A stretch of 64,000 bases of DNA. It comes from Callorhinchus milii. Taxonomy: Eukaryota. Shown here piece after piece: positions 49,701-59,663 of the stretch (positions within the stretch are counted from its first letter, which is position 1; each line of letters opens with the position of its first letter). The notes under the pieces are model-generated. The model searched no databases. It worked only from the letters and a program-made list of their open reading frames with translations, and had not been told where the DNA came from. Position numbers and translations under genes: made by a program. Location of the stretch: NCBI RefSeq assembly GCF_018977255.1, contig NW_024704742.1:18104001-18168000 (forward strand), given 5' to 3'.

Positions 49701-52700
49701 TAAACACAGTAAAACACTTACGATGGATGCTTAATCCCAACAGCAAATACGGTCATTCCACTGTTCCTGGCCAACCTCAATGGAAGTGTTGCATTGTCTT
49801 GAGATTTACCGTCGGTGAGAATCACAATTATTTTCGGTGCACTTTCCCGTGCTCCGTGAAACCCTTTACGTAAGACGTACTTCATTGCTCTACCAATTTC
49901 AGTACTTCCACCCCTATGTGAAACATGGAGAGGGGGCAAGAGAGGAATGAGTTAATGCTTTTGAGTGAGATGATGCAATGAGATACAAAATGACAGTTGC
50001 ACATTCCAAAAAATATCTCTTGTGTATGTCAAGAGTTTCATCTAAATCGGTCAGACATGCCTGAAGATAATTCTTTTGATAGCTTCTTTTGCTTCCTCTT
50101 TTGTCGAGTAGATCTCCAACCCAAACTCTAGTTTAGGTTTTGTACTGAACTGGATCACTCCTATACGCACCTGTTCAAAAGACCATAAGATGTTTATAAT
50201 GGCACAATATTGAGCAATAACAATTGGGAAATGGGCAGATGCTACAGCATCAGTTTAGAATAACAGATTACATCAACAATTAAATAGACTGACCGGCATC
50301 ATTTGTATGCTAAATGTGCTCAAACTTGAGTGTTTTCCGACTTGTTAATAATAATCCTTTCATTTGATATAACGCCTTATCACGTCGTTGAGACATCTCA
50401 AAGCTCATCATTAATATACTGTGAAATGTAGTGACTGTGTATCTTGTGGGTAAAACACGGCAGCCAATGTACACAGCAGTGTCCCACAAATAGCTATGGA
50501 TTGAGTGACCAAATTGTTGACAGTTCGTTACCTGAAACTAACCCCAAATCGTACAATTCATAAAATACGATCATTAGATCCACGTAAAGACAAACATAAA
50601 CTTGCAAATTGATATTTTCCACAGACTATACTAATTAATGGTGAGTGTCAGATTTAAGATACAATATACATTACCATAATCTAACTAACTGAATGCATTG
50701 GAACATGGAATGTATAGGACTAGAAACGACTATTGTAGTTCATCCTGCTCATCCCAACATTTGAAAACCTGCTGACTTGATACTTCACAAGAGTAACATT
50801 TGCAAATTGTATTGATACCTCTGTTGAGGAGCTGCTCATACACCAAGGTCAAGCAAGGTGAAATCCAGTTAAACTTCGATTCTTGATTAAATGAGATTTG
50901 AGGATAAGAGGACATGAATTCAAGATTGTGGCGAAAGGAGTAGTAAAGGTTTGGAAGGTTGTCTTCCAGAGGATTACTTGGGCATGGAATGCTTAGCCAA
51001 GGGTAGTTGTTAGCGTTTGTTAGCACATTTAAAAAAGATTAGAGGATATGGATTTGAAAGTCCTGTCACAACAGGGAGCCTTCAAATGTGGCTCAAGTTG
51101 ATAGGATGAAAGACTTCTTTCTTCTGACTGTAAAGTTTCTGTGTGAACTGCCTTTTGAGTTTGTGTTGCACATCAGTTCATGGAATAAAATTAATAAGGT
51201 GGCACTAAATTTATAATCTGGTTAGAAAAACCATTGGTATCGGTAATATGAAACAATATAACATTATTGCAGTAAGGCATTTTCTTGTAAGACTGGAATC
51301 ACATTGTTCAGTGTAGTTTAGAAGCAGTTTGAATGTATGTAAACTACACAACACCTAACTACAACATGTTTGTCGATGACATCAATGGGAAAATTGGTCC
51401 ATTTCTCAATATTGTCATTTCTTAGGATGATAAAAAAAAGCCCAATTTGAAATGATTGCTTTAAATTCAGTCATCCATGATAAATTTATAGCGTTTGCCA
51501 TAATATCACAGATTGGGGGAGAGGGGATGGGGTGGGCGGTGAAAACAGCCTAACTCAGTCTTAGTCCACCTGAAATTAGCATATCAGAGTACTTCAACAA
51601 TTTACGCATATAGGACGTAAGAATAGGAGGCACATGCGCTCTCTGGATGGGATAGAACTTGCCAGGGGTTGAAGCTGAAAGAGATCTAGGGGTGTTACTT
51701 GATTTGGGATTGTTCTTTTCCATTAAATGTGACTCACACAATTGAAGCTGTCCTGGAAAAATAATCAATACAAAGCACACAATAATCAGCAAATTGTAAA
51801 GTTTGAATTGACTTGTCATTTTAAAACTCACAAAAAGATCTCAATGTCTACATGCTACTATTTTTCCTGTATTCCATGCTAGACTCTTTGTTGTCAAAAA
51901 AGGGAGCTGACAAAGTCTGTGAGGCTACAAAAGAATTGTTCTCACATTCCAGATACACACCCAGTACTGGTGGGAGAGGGGTAAGTGAAGGAGAGATAAA
52001 TCTGCCAGTGTCTTGGTTCTTGATACCTATGGGACGTATGTGATTGTGCAGGGGGTCACTGTCGCTTTTTAAGCATAAATAACTTGTTTACTTCCGGGTT
52101 TTACAATAAAATATAATGTAACAAAAGCTGAAGTTGCTGGAAATACTCCAGTTATAATGTAACTGGAGTTCTGTCAGAATAATTATGACTTGTTATTGGT
52201 TCTAAAGGTTAACTGAGTCTCTTGAGCTTTCACTTTACAGATGCACTAAGATTGCACTACTAGGCTGCAAACAATAAGTGGCAGTTTAATTTACCACAAA
52301 CATATTGACGGTCAGTGGACCTTATCAAATAAAGTAAATCATCAGCATAGATGCACTTTTATTTTCCCATATCTGATATGAGTCATTTCAATACAAATTT
52401 TAAAACTAACTTTATTGTATTAATTTTCTGCAGATAGACCTCTTACCCTGTCAGGATTAATGTCGAGAATATCACACAACTTGGTGGCAAAACGTTTTGA
52501 TCTTTCGAAGCTTCCTTTGCCAATGCTATAGGATCCATCCATCAGCAATAAGACATCAATAGCTTCTGAGCATTGAATTACTAAAAGAAAATAGGAAAGA
52601 TACAATTTAAATTTAGAAGAGTCAATTCGTCATGCAATTTTGATAGTTGTACATTAAAGACTGACATATCCATTTGAATTTATCCATAATTTCAAACCAA

Positions 52701-55139
52701 ACTTGGCGGATTAATGCTGCTCTTACAAGCAAAATTTTAGGTACATAGGAATGGACAAGATCAGAAAATACTATTATGATCCATCTAACTAGTTCCAATA
52801 AAGAAATCAATCATACAATACTCTATCTCTCATCCCCTGCAATTGATTCTTCACCAAATACATATCTAATTTCCTTTTGAATTTGCTGACACAATATGTC
52901 TTTCTGAATAGTTCAATTTAAATATTCATCACTCTGTGGAAAGAGATTGCATTGAATTATCTGTTCACTTGCCTTCTTTGGGGACGTTGCTCTATCAGAC
53001 ACAGAAAAAACATCATTATTGTCACATTGCAAGGAATGAAATTATAGATTTTGTATGTACTGATGCAATTTACATCACCAGGATATGATGCTTGTCAATT
53101 AGTGAACAACAAGAGCAATCCATTTTTAGGGTTACACCCTTATCTTTACTATAAGTATAGAAGTACCTCATAGGTATTTTATATATTTTACATTGTTGGC
53201 TTTAAATGCAATCAAACAGATAATTGCCTATCCATCTTACTGTGTTTCAACTGTCACATGGCTGGGATTCATTAGATATTGAATGCTTCAATCTATTTGT
53301 AATAAAGTAGAAGCTAGTCTGCTTGACTGGACTTATTTATGTACCTCCCAGGTGAGATTCACACTTAGCTTTTGTATTACACTAATCTGAAGTTTCAGAA
53401 CAGTATGAAAATTCAACTTACACTTTCCTGAAGATAAAATCTTTACTATTGTCTCCTTGTCAGCCATTAGCTTCTGCATGGCACTTCCTGGGGAAACTGG
53501 TCATAGGGGGAAAAAAAATTATAGAGAATAAAGTTGCAGTTGAGATTCTGAATTTCTTTTATATTGAAATTTCAGGTTGGATTCAAATCTATTTTTGTGG
53601 AGTCCTGTAGCTCAGTGGTTAGAGCACTCGCTTTGCAAGCGAGAGACCTGAGTTCAATTCCAGGCAGGGCGAAACCTTGGGCAAGTTTCCTTACTCCACA
53701 CGCCTAATAATAATCCCTCCAAAACCCAAACAATAATAAATTGGTCATTTTCAATCTACGATTGTTTGTGGGACATTGCTGTGCGCAATTGGCTGCCGCG
53801 TTCGGCCACAAATATACAGTCAATTCACTTTACAGTGTGTTCTGTGAAACGCTTTGGGACGTCCTCCCGACGTGAAAAGCGCTATATCAAATGCAAGGAT
53901 TATTATTATTATTATTATTATTTTTATGCAAACAATTCTTACGGTAATTAGATGCACTAGGAAGACTTGTAACTTTACTGGGACACTGATGGGTTTTAAT
54001 CTACTTCTAAAAAGGAGAGATTAGAATTTTTTTTACTATAGAGAGTTGTTGGGAATGTGGGATGCCCTGCAATAAAAGGGTTGTGGAGGCAGAGTCCACC
54101 GTGGGTTTCAAAAGGAAAGTAGATAGATCCTGTATATGAAAGTTACAGGTGAAAGGGTATGGGCAGAAGGCAGGGGCAATAGGATTGAATGAATAGCTCC
54201 AAAGACCAGTGCACACTTGATGGGCTGAATGGCTTCTTTTTGTGCTGTAAATTTCTATGATTCTATAAATCCTCTTTATCAATTGGCCACATCATTTCAG
54301 CAAAGTTAAGCATCTGACTCCAGTGCTCCAATTTAACATTGCTTGGAATGCAGCAATGCAAACAGCATATACACTACATGAAAACTTATGAACAATTCCA
54401 TGGTTCTTAACAGATTCTATTGTAAAATCTCACATTTTCACCCCAATATTACAATAATAACTTGTAATTTATTAGCACCAGCATAAATGTTTCAAAGTGT
54501 TTTGTAAACTATTAATGAGGTTAACGATAGAAGTGAATATAATACAGGCAAAGTATAGGCAAAGTTGTTATAAAGGACAACACTTCGTTAAATAATCATT
54601 AGGGTCCAATGTCTCAGGTCCCACACTTGTGTGTCAGCATGGCTCAGTTGGTAGCATTCACACTTCTGAGTGCACTGTGGTGGTTTTGGTGGTAGCACAT
54701 ATATCACCCCAAGAAGATAAACAGCGGCATCTGGTAGTAATGCAGATGTTGATGACTTTATGTAACTTGTGGCTAACAATGCCAAACTGTAGTCAGGCTT
54801 CTGGAGTGGAAATTGTTCTTATGAGCTCCAGCAACTTGTCAGGATATTATATGTGACTAGCATTGGATCTGTCATGGAGAGTTTTATACTATCACTCAAT
54901 ACAAATAGAACCATTTTTTCAGCAGCAATCCTTCAACATAGAGAGCACGAACACACATTCTGAAAAAGGTTTTAGATTAATGATGGTTTGTAATAAAATT
55001 TCAATGACTACATACGCAGTACATCATAAAACAAATAGTTATCTGACAGTTTATTTCGAGAAAATGAAGTTGAAAAAATAATCCTACCTAAAACCATGAG
55101 TAAAAGCCCAAGACAGAAACTTTGACTGAGATGCATCAT
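37757..55139 (-). CDS. VWA2: von Willebrand factor A domain-containing protein 2 (AMACO)-like, spliced gene span (~710 aa if the frameshift is corrected and the tentative last exon is used)
   Basis: Signal peptide, VWA1 ([15 protein letters not shown]), Cys-rich linker (CPFY-WKRVF..CHRTVCP), EGF, VWA2 and VWA3 in the same order and with the same exon junctions as human VWA2 as I recall it. Confidence 0.9.
37790..38460 (-). mobile_element. old, degenerate L2 LINE fragment
   Basis: Purine-rich + strand with remnants (gaggatcttgaa, ttgacattcagttg) shared with the younger L2 copies. Confidence 0.6.
38479..39029 (-). CDS. VWA2: VWA2 exon, third VWA domain, with a 1-bp deletion near 38813-38824
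   Basis: Two overlapping ORFs (38734-39054 and 38468-38749) join into one VWA domain if one A is added; 551 nt where 552 is needed. Confidence 0.9.
39888..40457 (-). CDS. VWA2: VWA2 exon, second VWA domain
   Basis: 199-aa ORF ([19 protein letters not shown]..); 570 nt, phase 1-1. Confidence 0.95.
40860..41125 (-). mobile_element. L2 LINE 3' end
   Basis: (CAA)n tail plus stem-loop and ORF2 end shared with the other copies. Confidence 0.8.
41188..41575 (-). mobile_element. diverged DeuSINE-like SINE
   Basis: Reverse complement of the Deu-like domain (gggatctttaacatccacctg) and of the tail. Confidence 0.6.
41816..42460 (+). mobile_element. two tandem tRNA-Ala-derived SINE copies (41816-~42150 and 42163-~42460)
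   Basis: Two ggagtcctgt heads, each followed by core and tail. Confidence 0.88.
42746..42925. repeat. ~55-bp-arm hairpin, probable Penelope-like element remnant
   Basis: gcaggtcaggcagcatctatggagag pairs with ctctccatagatgctgtctgacctgc; family assignment is from memory of shark repeats. Confidence 0.65.
43041..43148 (-). CDS. VWA2: VWA2 exon, EGF-like domain ([27 protein letters not shown])
   Basis: Six-cysteine EGF pattern, 108 nt, phase 1-1. Confidence 0.95.
43218..43920 (-). mobile_element. L2 LINE 3' fragment
   Basis: [32 protein letters not shown]. Confidence 0.9.
45004..45059 (-). CDS. VWA2: VWA2 exon ([18 protein letters not shown])
   Basis: 56 nt, phase 2-1; resembles human WKRVF..CYRTTCP. 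Confidence 0.93.
45303..47290 (-). mobile_element. L2 LINE, ~2 kb with internal deletions
   Basis: SDHHFI (endonuclease end), [25 protein letters not shown]; (CAA)n tail on +. Confidence 0.93.
48171..48315 (-). CDS. VWA2: VWA2 exon, Cys-rich linker ([21 protein letters not shown])
   Basis: tatacag acceptor, gttggt donor, phase 1-2; conserved cysteines. Confidence 0.9.
48809..49007. repeat. ~100-bp tandem duplication (2 copies) inside an old L2-like remnant
   Basis: ttattggccacaggcaa...tgtgaaaatgtaggagaaa occurs twice. Confidence 0.9.
49489..49622 (-). CDS. VWA2: VWA2 exon ([27 protein letters not shown])
   Basis: Resembles human WEELHALASEP..DATNGLFSTL; canonical splice sites. Confidence 0.93.
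49722..49913 (-). CDS. VWA2: VWA2 exon ([32 protein letters not shown])
   Basis: VWA motifs; cacatag acceptor, gtaagt donor. Confidence 0.95.
50061..50170 (-). CDS. VWA2: VWA2 exon ([37 protein letters not shown]), GC donor
   Basis: gaacag acceptor; VWA strand/helix motif; frame requires the AG|gcatgt donor. Confidence 0.9.
52447..52580 (-). CDS. VWA2: VWA2 exon, VWA1 start ([31 protein letters not shown])
   Basis: MIDAS DxSxS; canonical splice sites. Confidence 0.95.
53422..53496 (-). CDS. VWA2: VWA2 exon ([25 protein letters not shown])
   Basis: 75 nt, phase 1-1; resembles human ..SKETIGKISAASK. Confidence 0.88.
53599..53921 (+). mobile_element. tRNA-Ala-derived SINE, full length, apparently young
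   Basis: Nearly identical to the 60280 copy; (TTA)n tail. Confidence 0.92.
54010..54270 (+). mobile_element. CR1 LINE 3' end fragment
   Basis: gagagttgttgggaatgtggga..ttcaaaaggaaagtagatag..atgggctgaatggc..tctatgattcta, typical of a CR1 3' end. Confidence 0.65.
55088..55139 (-). CDS. VWA2: VWA2 exon, signal peptide ([17 protein letters not shown])
   Basis: ATG at 55139, hydrophobic 17 aa, TAG|gtagga donor, phase 1. Confidence 0.8.
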
Positions 55140-56068
55140 CTTGAAATGTATCTAATGGATAGATACAAAAATAAAACACAATAGATATTAATCAATACAT
55201 GATGTTAGCTCAGCTCATCATCTTCCGCAATGGTTCAGTAATTCAATTTCCAATATCAATGTGAAACTGAATGGAGTAGGGGAACTTGCTCAATGTTTCA
55301 CCCTGCCAGGAAATCAAACCCAGGTCTTCTTTTGGATGCAGAAACTCAAAAAGGAAAAATAAGGTTATATTGCAGCAATTGAATGAAATGTTATTTACAG
55401 CAAATATTGGTCAGAAATATTTTCAACAGCTTGCTTCATCTAGAAACCAAATTTTACAAATAATTTATCATCTTTGCATCTGGTGTGTTTGGTAATTTTG
55501 TGGGAAACATTTTCAAAGCAAATTAGCAACATGAATCCTATGGGTTCTGACTTTGTCAGTTAATGTTTCAATACTTACAAAAGAGTTGGGAAATTTACAC
55601 AGTCACTACACTTTCCAGTAAAATCCTATGAAGTGCTGTGAGACATTTTGATGAAATGAAAACTTGCTATTTGAAATCCAAAGATTATTGTCGTTATGAT
55701 GATGATGATTGGGACCTCCAAAAGTTGCTAAAGTACAAAAGAGTGGCTGAGAATGAAAACTGCTGTATGCTTTCTTTTGCTGTCTTGTCTGGAGAGCTCC
55801 CAGACCCTACATAAATGCAAGCGAGGTTGCTTTTTGTTATGTTGTTTAAAAAGATATTTGAGAGCTCTGGTATTCACGGGTAGCCTTTCGGTGGAAGCAG
55901 AACACTTGGAGCAGCAGTAAAATCCCAGGACTGTTGAAAGGGATGGAAATGGCACATTTTTTGGCCCCTGGTTTTTGATGCACTTGAAATCCTGGATCAC
56001 TCTGTGGATCAGTAGTCTCCCTACTCGAGGGTCGCCTTCGTCTCAGTTGCCTCTTCCTTTCTCCTTGG

Positions 56069-56104
56069 TCATAATCATAATCATAATCATAATCATAATC
56101 ATAA
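56069..56104. repeat. (TCATAA)n microsatellite
   Basis: About six perfect hexamer units. Confidence 0.9.
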
Positions 56105-56837
56105 GCTAGTTTGAGGAGCCAGTTCTCATGAGCAACCAGTCAGTCACACCAGTGGATTCCCCAGTGCACCATCACCAGAGAGAGACAGAGAGACACACAC
56201 AGTGAGAGGGGCAGAAACTATTTAAACTATTTGTGACAAACGGCCTCATGTTTTTTTTTGTGTGTGTGTGTGTGTTGATGAATAAAATCACATTAAATCG
56301 TGAAGTGTGACAGTAAAATGACAGCATCATTTCGGTGCCAAACAAAACATTGACTGCGGGTTAGATTCAAAACACAGAGCTATGTCCCTCTCTGGGAATA
56401 AAGCGACTGGAGATGTCACTCAATAACATCGAAGGCTTCTGCAGCAAAGTGAAATGCAGGTTCCCCTGGTCTTTGGGAGATATTAAATGATTTGAAATGA
56501 CAACGATCAGTGAATGCAATTGTCACGACGACTGAAGACTATTTTGTGTCTGATGCATTGGGGCATTGGGTGGGAGAAGACATGAACAGTCATGGATTTC
56601 ACCCCCGACGTTTGTGAGCATAAACAACTGAACCTCCTCCACAATCGCACCAAGTTTCTCAACACAGTCCACTCTCATTTTTTTTTGAAAAAAGTTGAAT
56701 ATTACTCATAAATTACGAGCCGCTGTGTTGTGGTTTTAATGCAACAGCAAAACGTGAGGTTAAACAATTTAAACAGGTCGGGATGACTGTGCAAAGTGTG
56801 TGTATATATATATATACCTGAAGAGTGAGAGACTCAC

Positions 56838-57110
56838 CTGTGCAATGCCCTGACCATTGGGGTGGATGAGGACCTGCCACTTGCAGAGCTTTACCTTCTT
56901 GTCAGTTTCTGGCTCATGTTCCCACTTTGCAATGCAAGTCAGGCAGAGAGGGATAGAGAGAGAGAGAGAGGGGGAGAGAGAGAGAGAGAGAGCAGCCCTG
57001 AACCTGACCGATCTGCAATTCATCTGCAATTCACTCAAATTCCTACTGTCACTTTCTTCTGACACCTGTAACGCACTGCAAAGCCCTGCAGTCACCCCCA
57101 GAGGTTGAGC
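56838..57110 (-). other. VWA2: candidate non-coding first exon (5' UTR) of VWA2
   Basis: Strong donor CAG|gtgagt at 56838/56837; the coding exon at 55139 has its own acceptor; the 5' boundary is a guess. Confidence 0.45.
56945..56992. repeat. (GA)n microsatellite in the candidate VWA2 5' UTR
   Basis: Read directly from the sequence. Confidence 0.9.
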
Positions 57111-57644
57111 GCACACCCTCCTTTCGCTGATAAAGCGTCGACGAGAGAGGAAACATCTTTATTTATTTGCGTGGCTTTCATCCAAGAGGTTTAGGAACAA
57201 GGCTTATAGGTTTATATTTGGGTAACACAATGCATAAATCATCTTTGCATTTGATACGTGAAATGCTTCCACTGCTAAAGGTTATTTTGTTTTGTTCATT
57301 TATTTTTCTTCCACTGCCAGGATTTGATATTGTTGCATCTTTCTTTCTCTGCTAATGTTTGTGGTTGGACTCAAGTAAGCAAGACTAGGCTTTCACTGTG
57401 ATATTTTTTGTAGCATTGCTGAAATATGCACCATGTGTACACTGTGTATAGAATAATAAATATGCTCAACGGTATCGATATTGTGGGAGACTGAGATACA
57501 CTGAATAACCTACAGGAACAAAGTTCCAATATCAAAATCTTTTTAACTGTGAGCTCTATTATCTTGGCAAACACCTACCACAAAATACACAGTTAAGCCA
57601 CTTTACTGTATATCTGGTGAAGCGCTTTTATATATATACACAAG

Positions 57645-57645
<1 letters not shown>

Positions 57646-57680
<35 letters not shown>
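57646..57680. repeat. (TTA)n microsatellite (SINE-tail derived)
   Basis: Read directly; preceded by a SINE 3' remnant. Confidence 0.85.
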
Positions 57681-57681
<1 letters not shown>

Positions 57682-58209
57682 CTGGAGCAGGCACAGGAAC
57701 CTGAAGGAGTTGGGGACTTTGATTTGGGGGCAGATGCTGCCTATGCTTTAACTATATAAAAAAAATCATTAGTCTACCCATCATCAGCTATTAAGATATA
57801 ATATTGCACACTTAATATTTCCTAGAGCTACAGTACAGTCAGCCACAGACTCTAGTCACTGCTTGCAGAGAATCCTAGCAAGACTAATGTCATGGTGAAT
57901 AGCACATGTGCATTTGGGAATGATGAATATTCAAATCAACAATGACAATAAATTATTTTGATCAGACCTGGAATCATATTTCTCTGGAATTCATCTGTAA
58001 TAGTGAGCTCTTACTAATTTAATCTATGTAGGAGGCCACAATTGTTGTTCTGAGTTACTTATGCATAGAGAGACAGACACAGATTAAATGTTACAATGAG
58101 TATGTCCCTTCATTCAAAACCAAATATTGGCAAAATACATTGGCACACTTCACACGTCACACACGATCAAATAGATGCATTAAATGATCGGTATGGAATT
58201 ATCCTGTGT

Positions 58210-59070
58210 GTCAGCCTGGCTCAGTAGTAGCACACTTGCCTCTAAGTCAGAAGATTGTGGATTCACACTCCAAGGCAGTGCTGGAGGTATGTTTCTTTGT
58301 CGGAGGTGCTGTCCTTCAGAGGAGAGGTTAAACTGAGGTTGTATCTCCCTGTTTTGGTGGGTGTTAAAGATCCCATGCCACTATTCAAAAAGAGTGGGGA
58401 GTTTCTCCTGGTGTCCTGGCCAACAATTCTCCAAATACATTTGGTCGCTGTTTGTGAGACGTGGTTGTGCAAAAATTGACTGCCGCACTTTGCTTGCAAA
58501 ATACACTGTCAATCCACTTTGCAGTATATCATATGAAGCAATTTGAGACATCACTACACTGTGAGACATCACTACACTTGAAATCTTGATTTCAAGATCC
58601 TCATCCTCACCTACAAGGCCATTCACGGCCTTGCTCCCTCCTACCTCTCCAACCTACTATCCCCCTACCTACCTGCCCGTACCCTCCGTTCCTCTGGCTC
58701 CGGTCTGCTCCACGTCCCCCGCCCCAATCGCACTACCATCGGTGTTCGGGCTTTCAGCCTCTCAGCCCCCAGGCTCTGGAACTCTATCCCCCAGTGCCTT
58801 CGCCTTGCTTCCTCCCTCTCCTCCTTCAAGGCCGGTCTCAAAACCTTTCTCTTTGACCGAGCCTTCAGCTCCCCTCTCGACTCTCTTCCCCCTCCTCGCT
58901 CCCTCCCTTCCCTCCCCTCACCCTGACCATTTCCCCCTGCTCAGGTCATGACCCAACTGTGCAGCGCCTTGGGACGTCCTCCTGACGTGAAAGGCGCTTT
59001 ATAAATGGAATCTTGTTGTGGCTGTTGTTGTTGTGATATGGCACTGTATCAAATGCAAGGATTATTATTA
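58210..59070 (+). mobile_element. DeuSINE-like SINE interrupted by an L2 3' fragment (~58580-59033)
   Basis: Head and Deu-like domain 58210-58575, then L2 ORF2 end and (TTG)n tail, then the SINE tail resumes. Confidence 0.75.
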
Positions 59071-59439
59071 TGTCACATTGGAGCCAGTTCAGCTCTTACG
59101 ACATCCCGCTCTACTTACCTCCCTGCAAGAATAGACACTAATTGGTCATTTGTTATCCGACAAGCCCAAGTTTGAGTCCTCACTTGATGGATGGTAGGTA
59201 CCAGAAACTTCCTGCGAGCTTCCTCTGAATCACACATGCTACCAGTACATCTTGTATCTGTCTTTATATACTGATAAAACGACAATGTCTGCGCTTCAAG
59301 AAGGATCTCAATAACCAATTGATGTAGAGACATGATTTATACCTCATTGGAAAGGTCTTGCAACTGGAAGTGTCGTGGGCATATTTGTTTTCAGGTACCT
59401 CCTATCGTTCATGAGTTATTTTCAGTTTTGTGTTATTTG

Positions 59440-59588
59440 CTGCAGTTACACCTGGTGGCCGCCGAGTCAAAGTGGCGCTGTGGCATCGTGCATCAGAGAG
59501 CATGTACTTATGTACACACAAACTGCAGTTACACCTGGTGGCCACGCCAGCTGACCGTGGCGCTGTGGCATCCTGGGTCACAGAGCAC
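59440..59588. repeat. 83-bp-period tandem duplication containing CTCF-like motifs
   Basis: ctgcagttacacctggtggcc and gtggcgctgtggcatc each occur twice. Confidence 0.9.
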
Positions 59589-59663
59589 GCATTGTAGCCA
59601 AGCAGTGGGAACAAAGTAAAGAACACAGACAAAGCTAAGCCGCGGCAACAACAAAATAATTAC

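Noticed and set aside
53599-53670. tRNA-Ala(TGC)-like sequences (also at 6220, 42163, 60280)
   Set aside because: Each runs into a shared SINE core and tail and lacks a proper acceptor stem and terminator; these are SINE heads, not tRNA genes
59440-59588. CRISPR-like repeat-spacer arrangement
   Set aside because: Only two units, eukaryotic context and no cas genes
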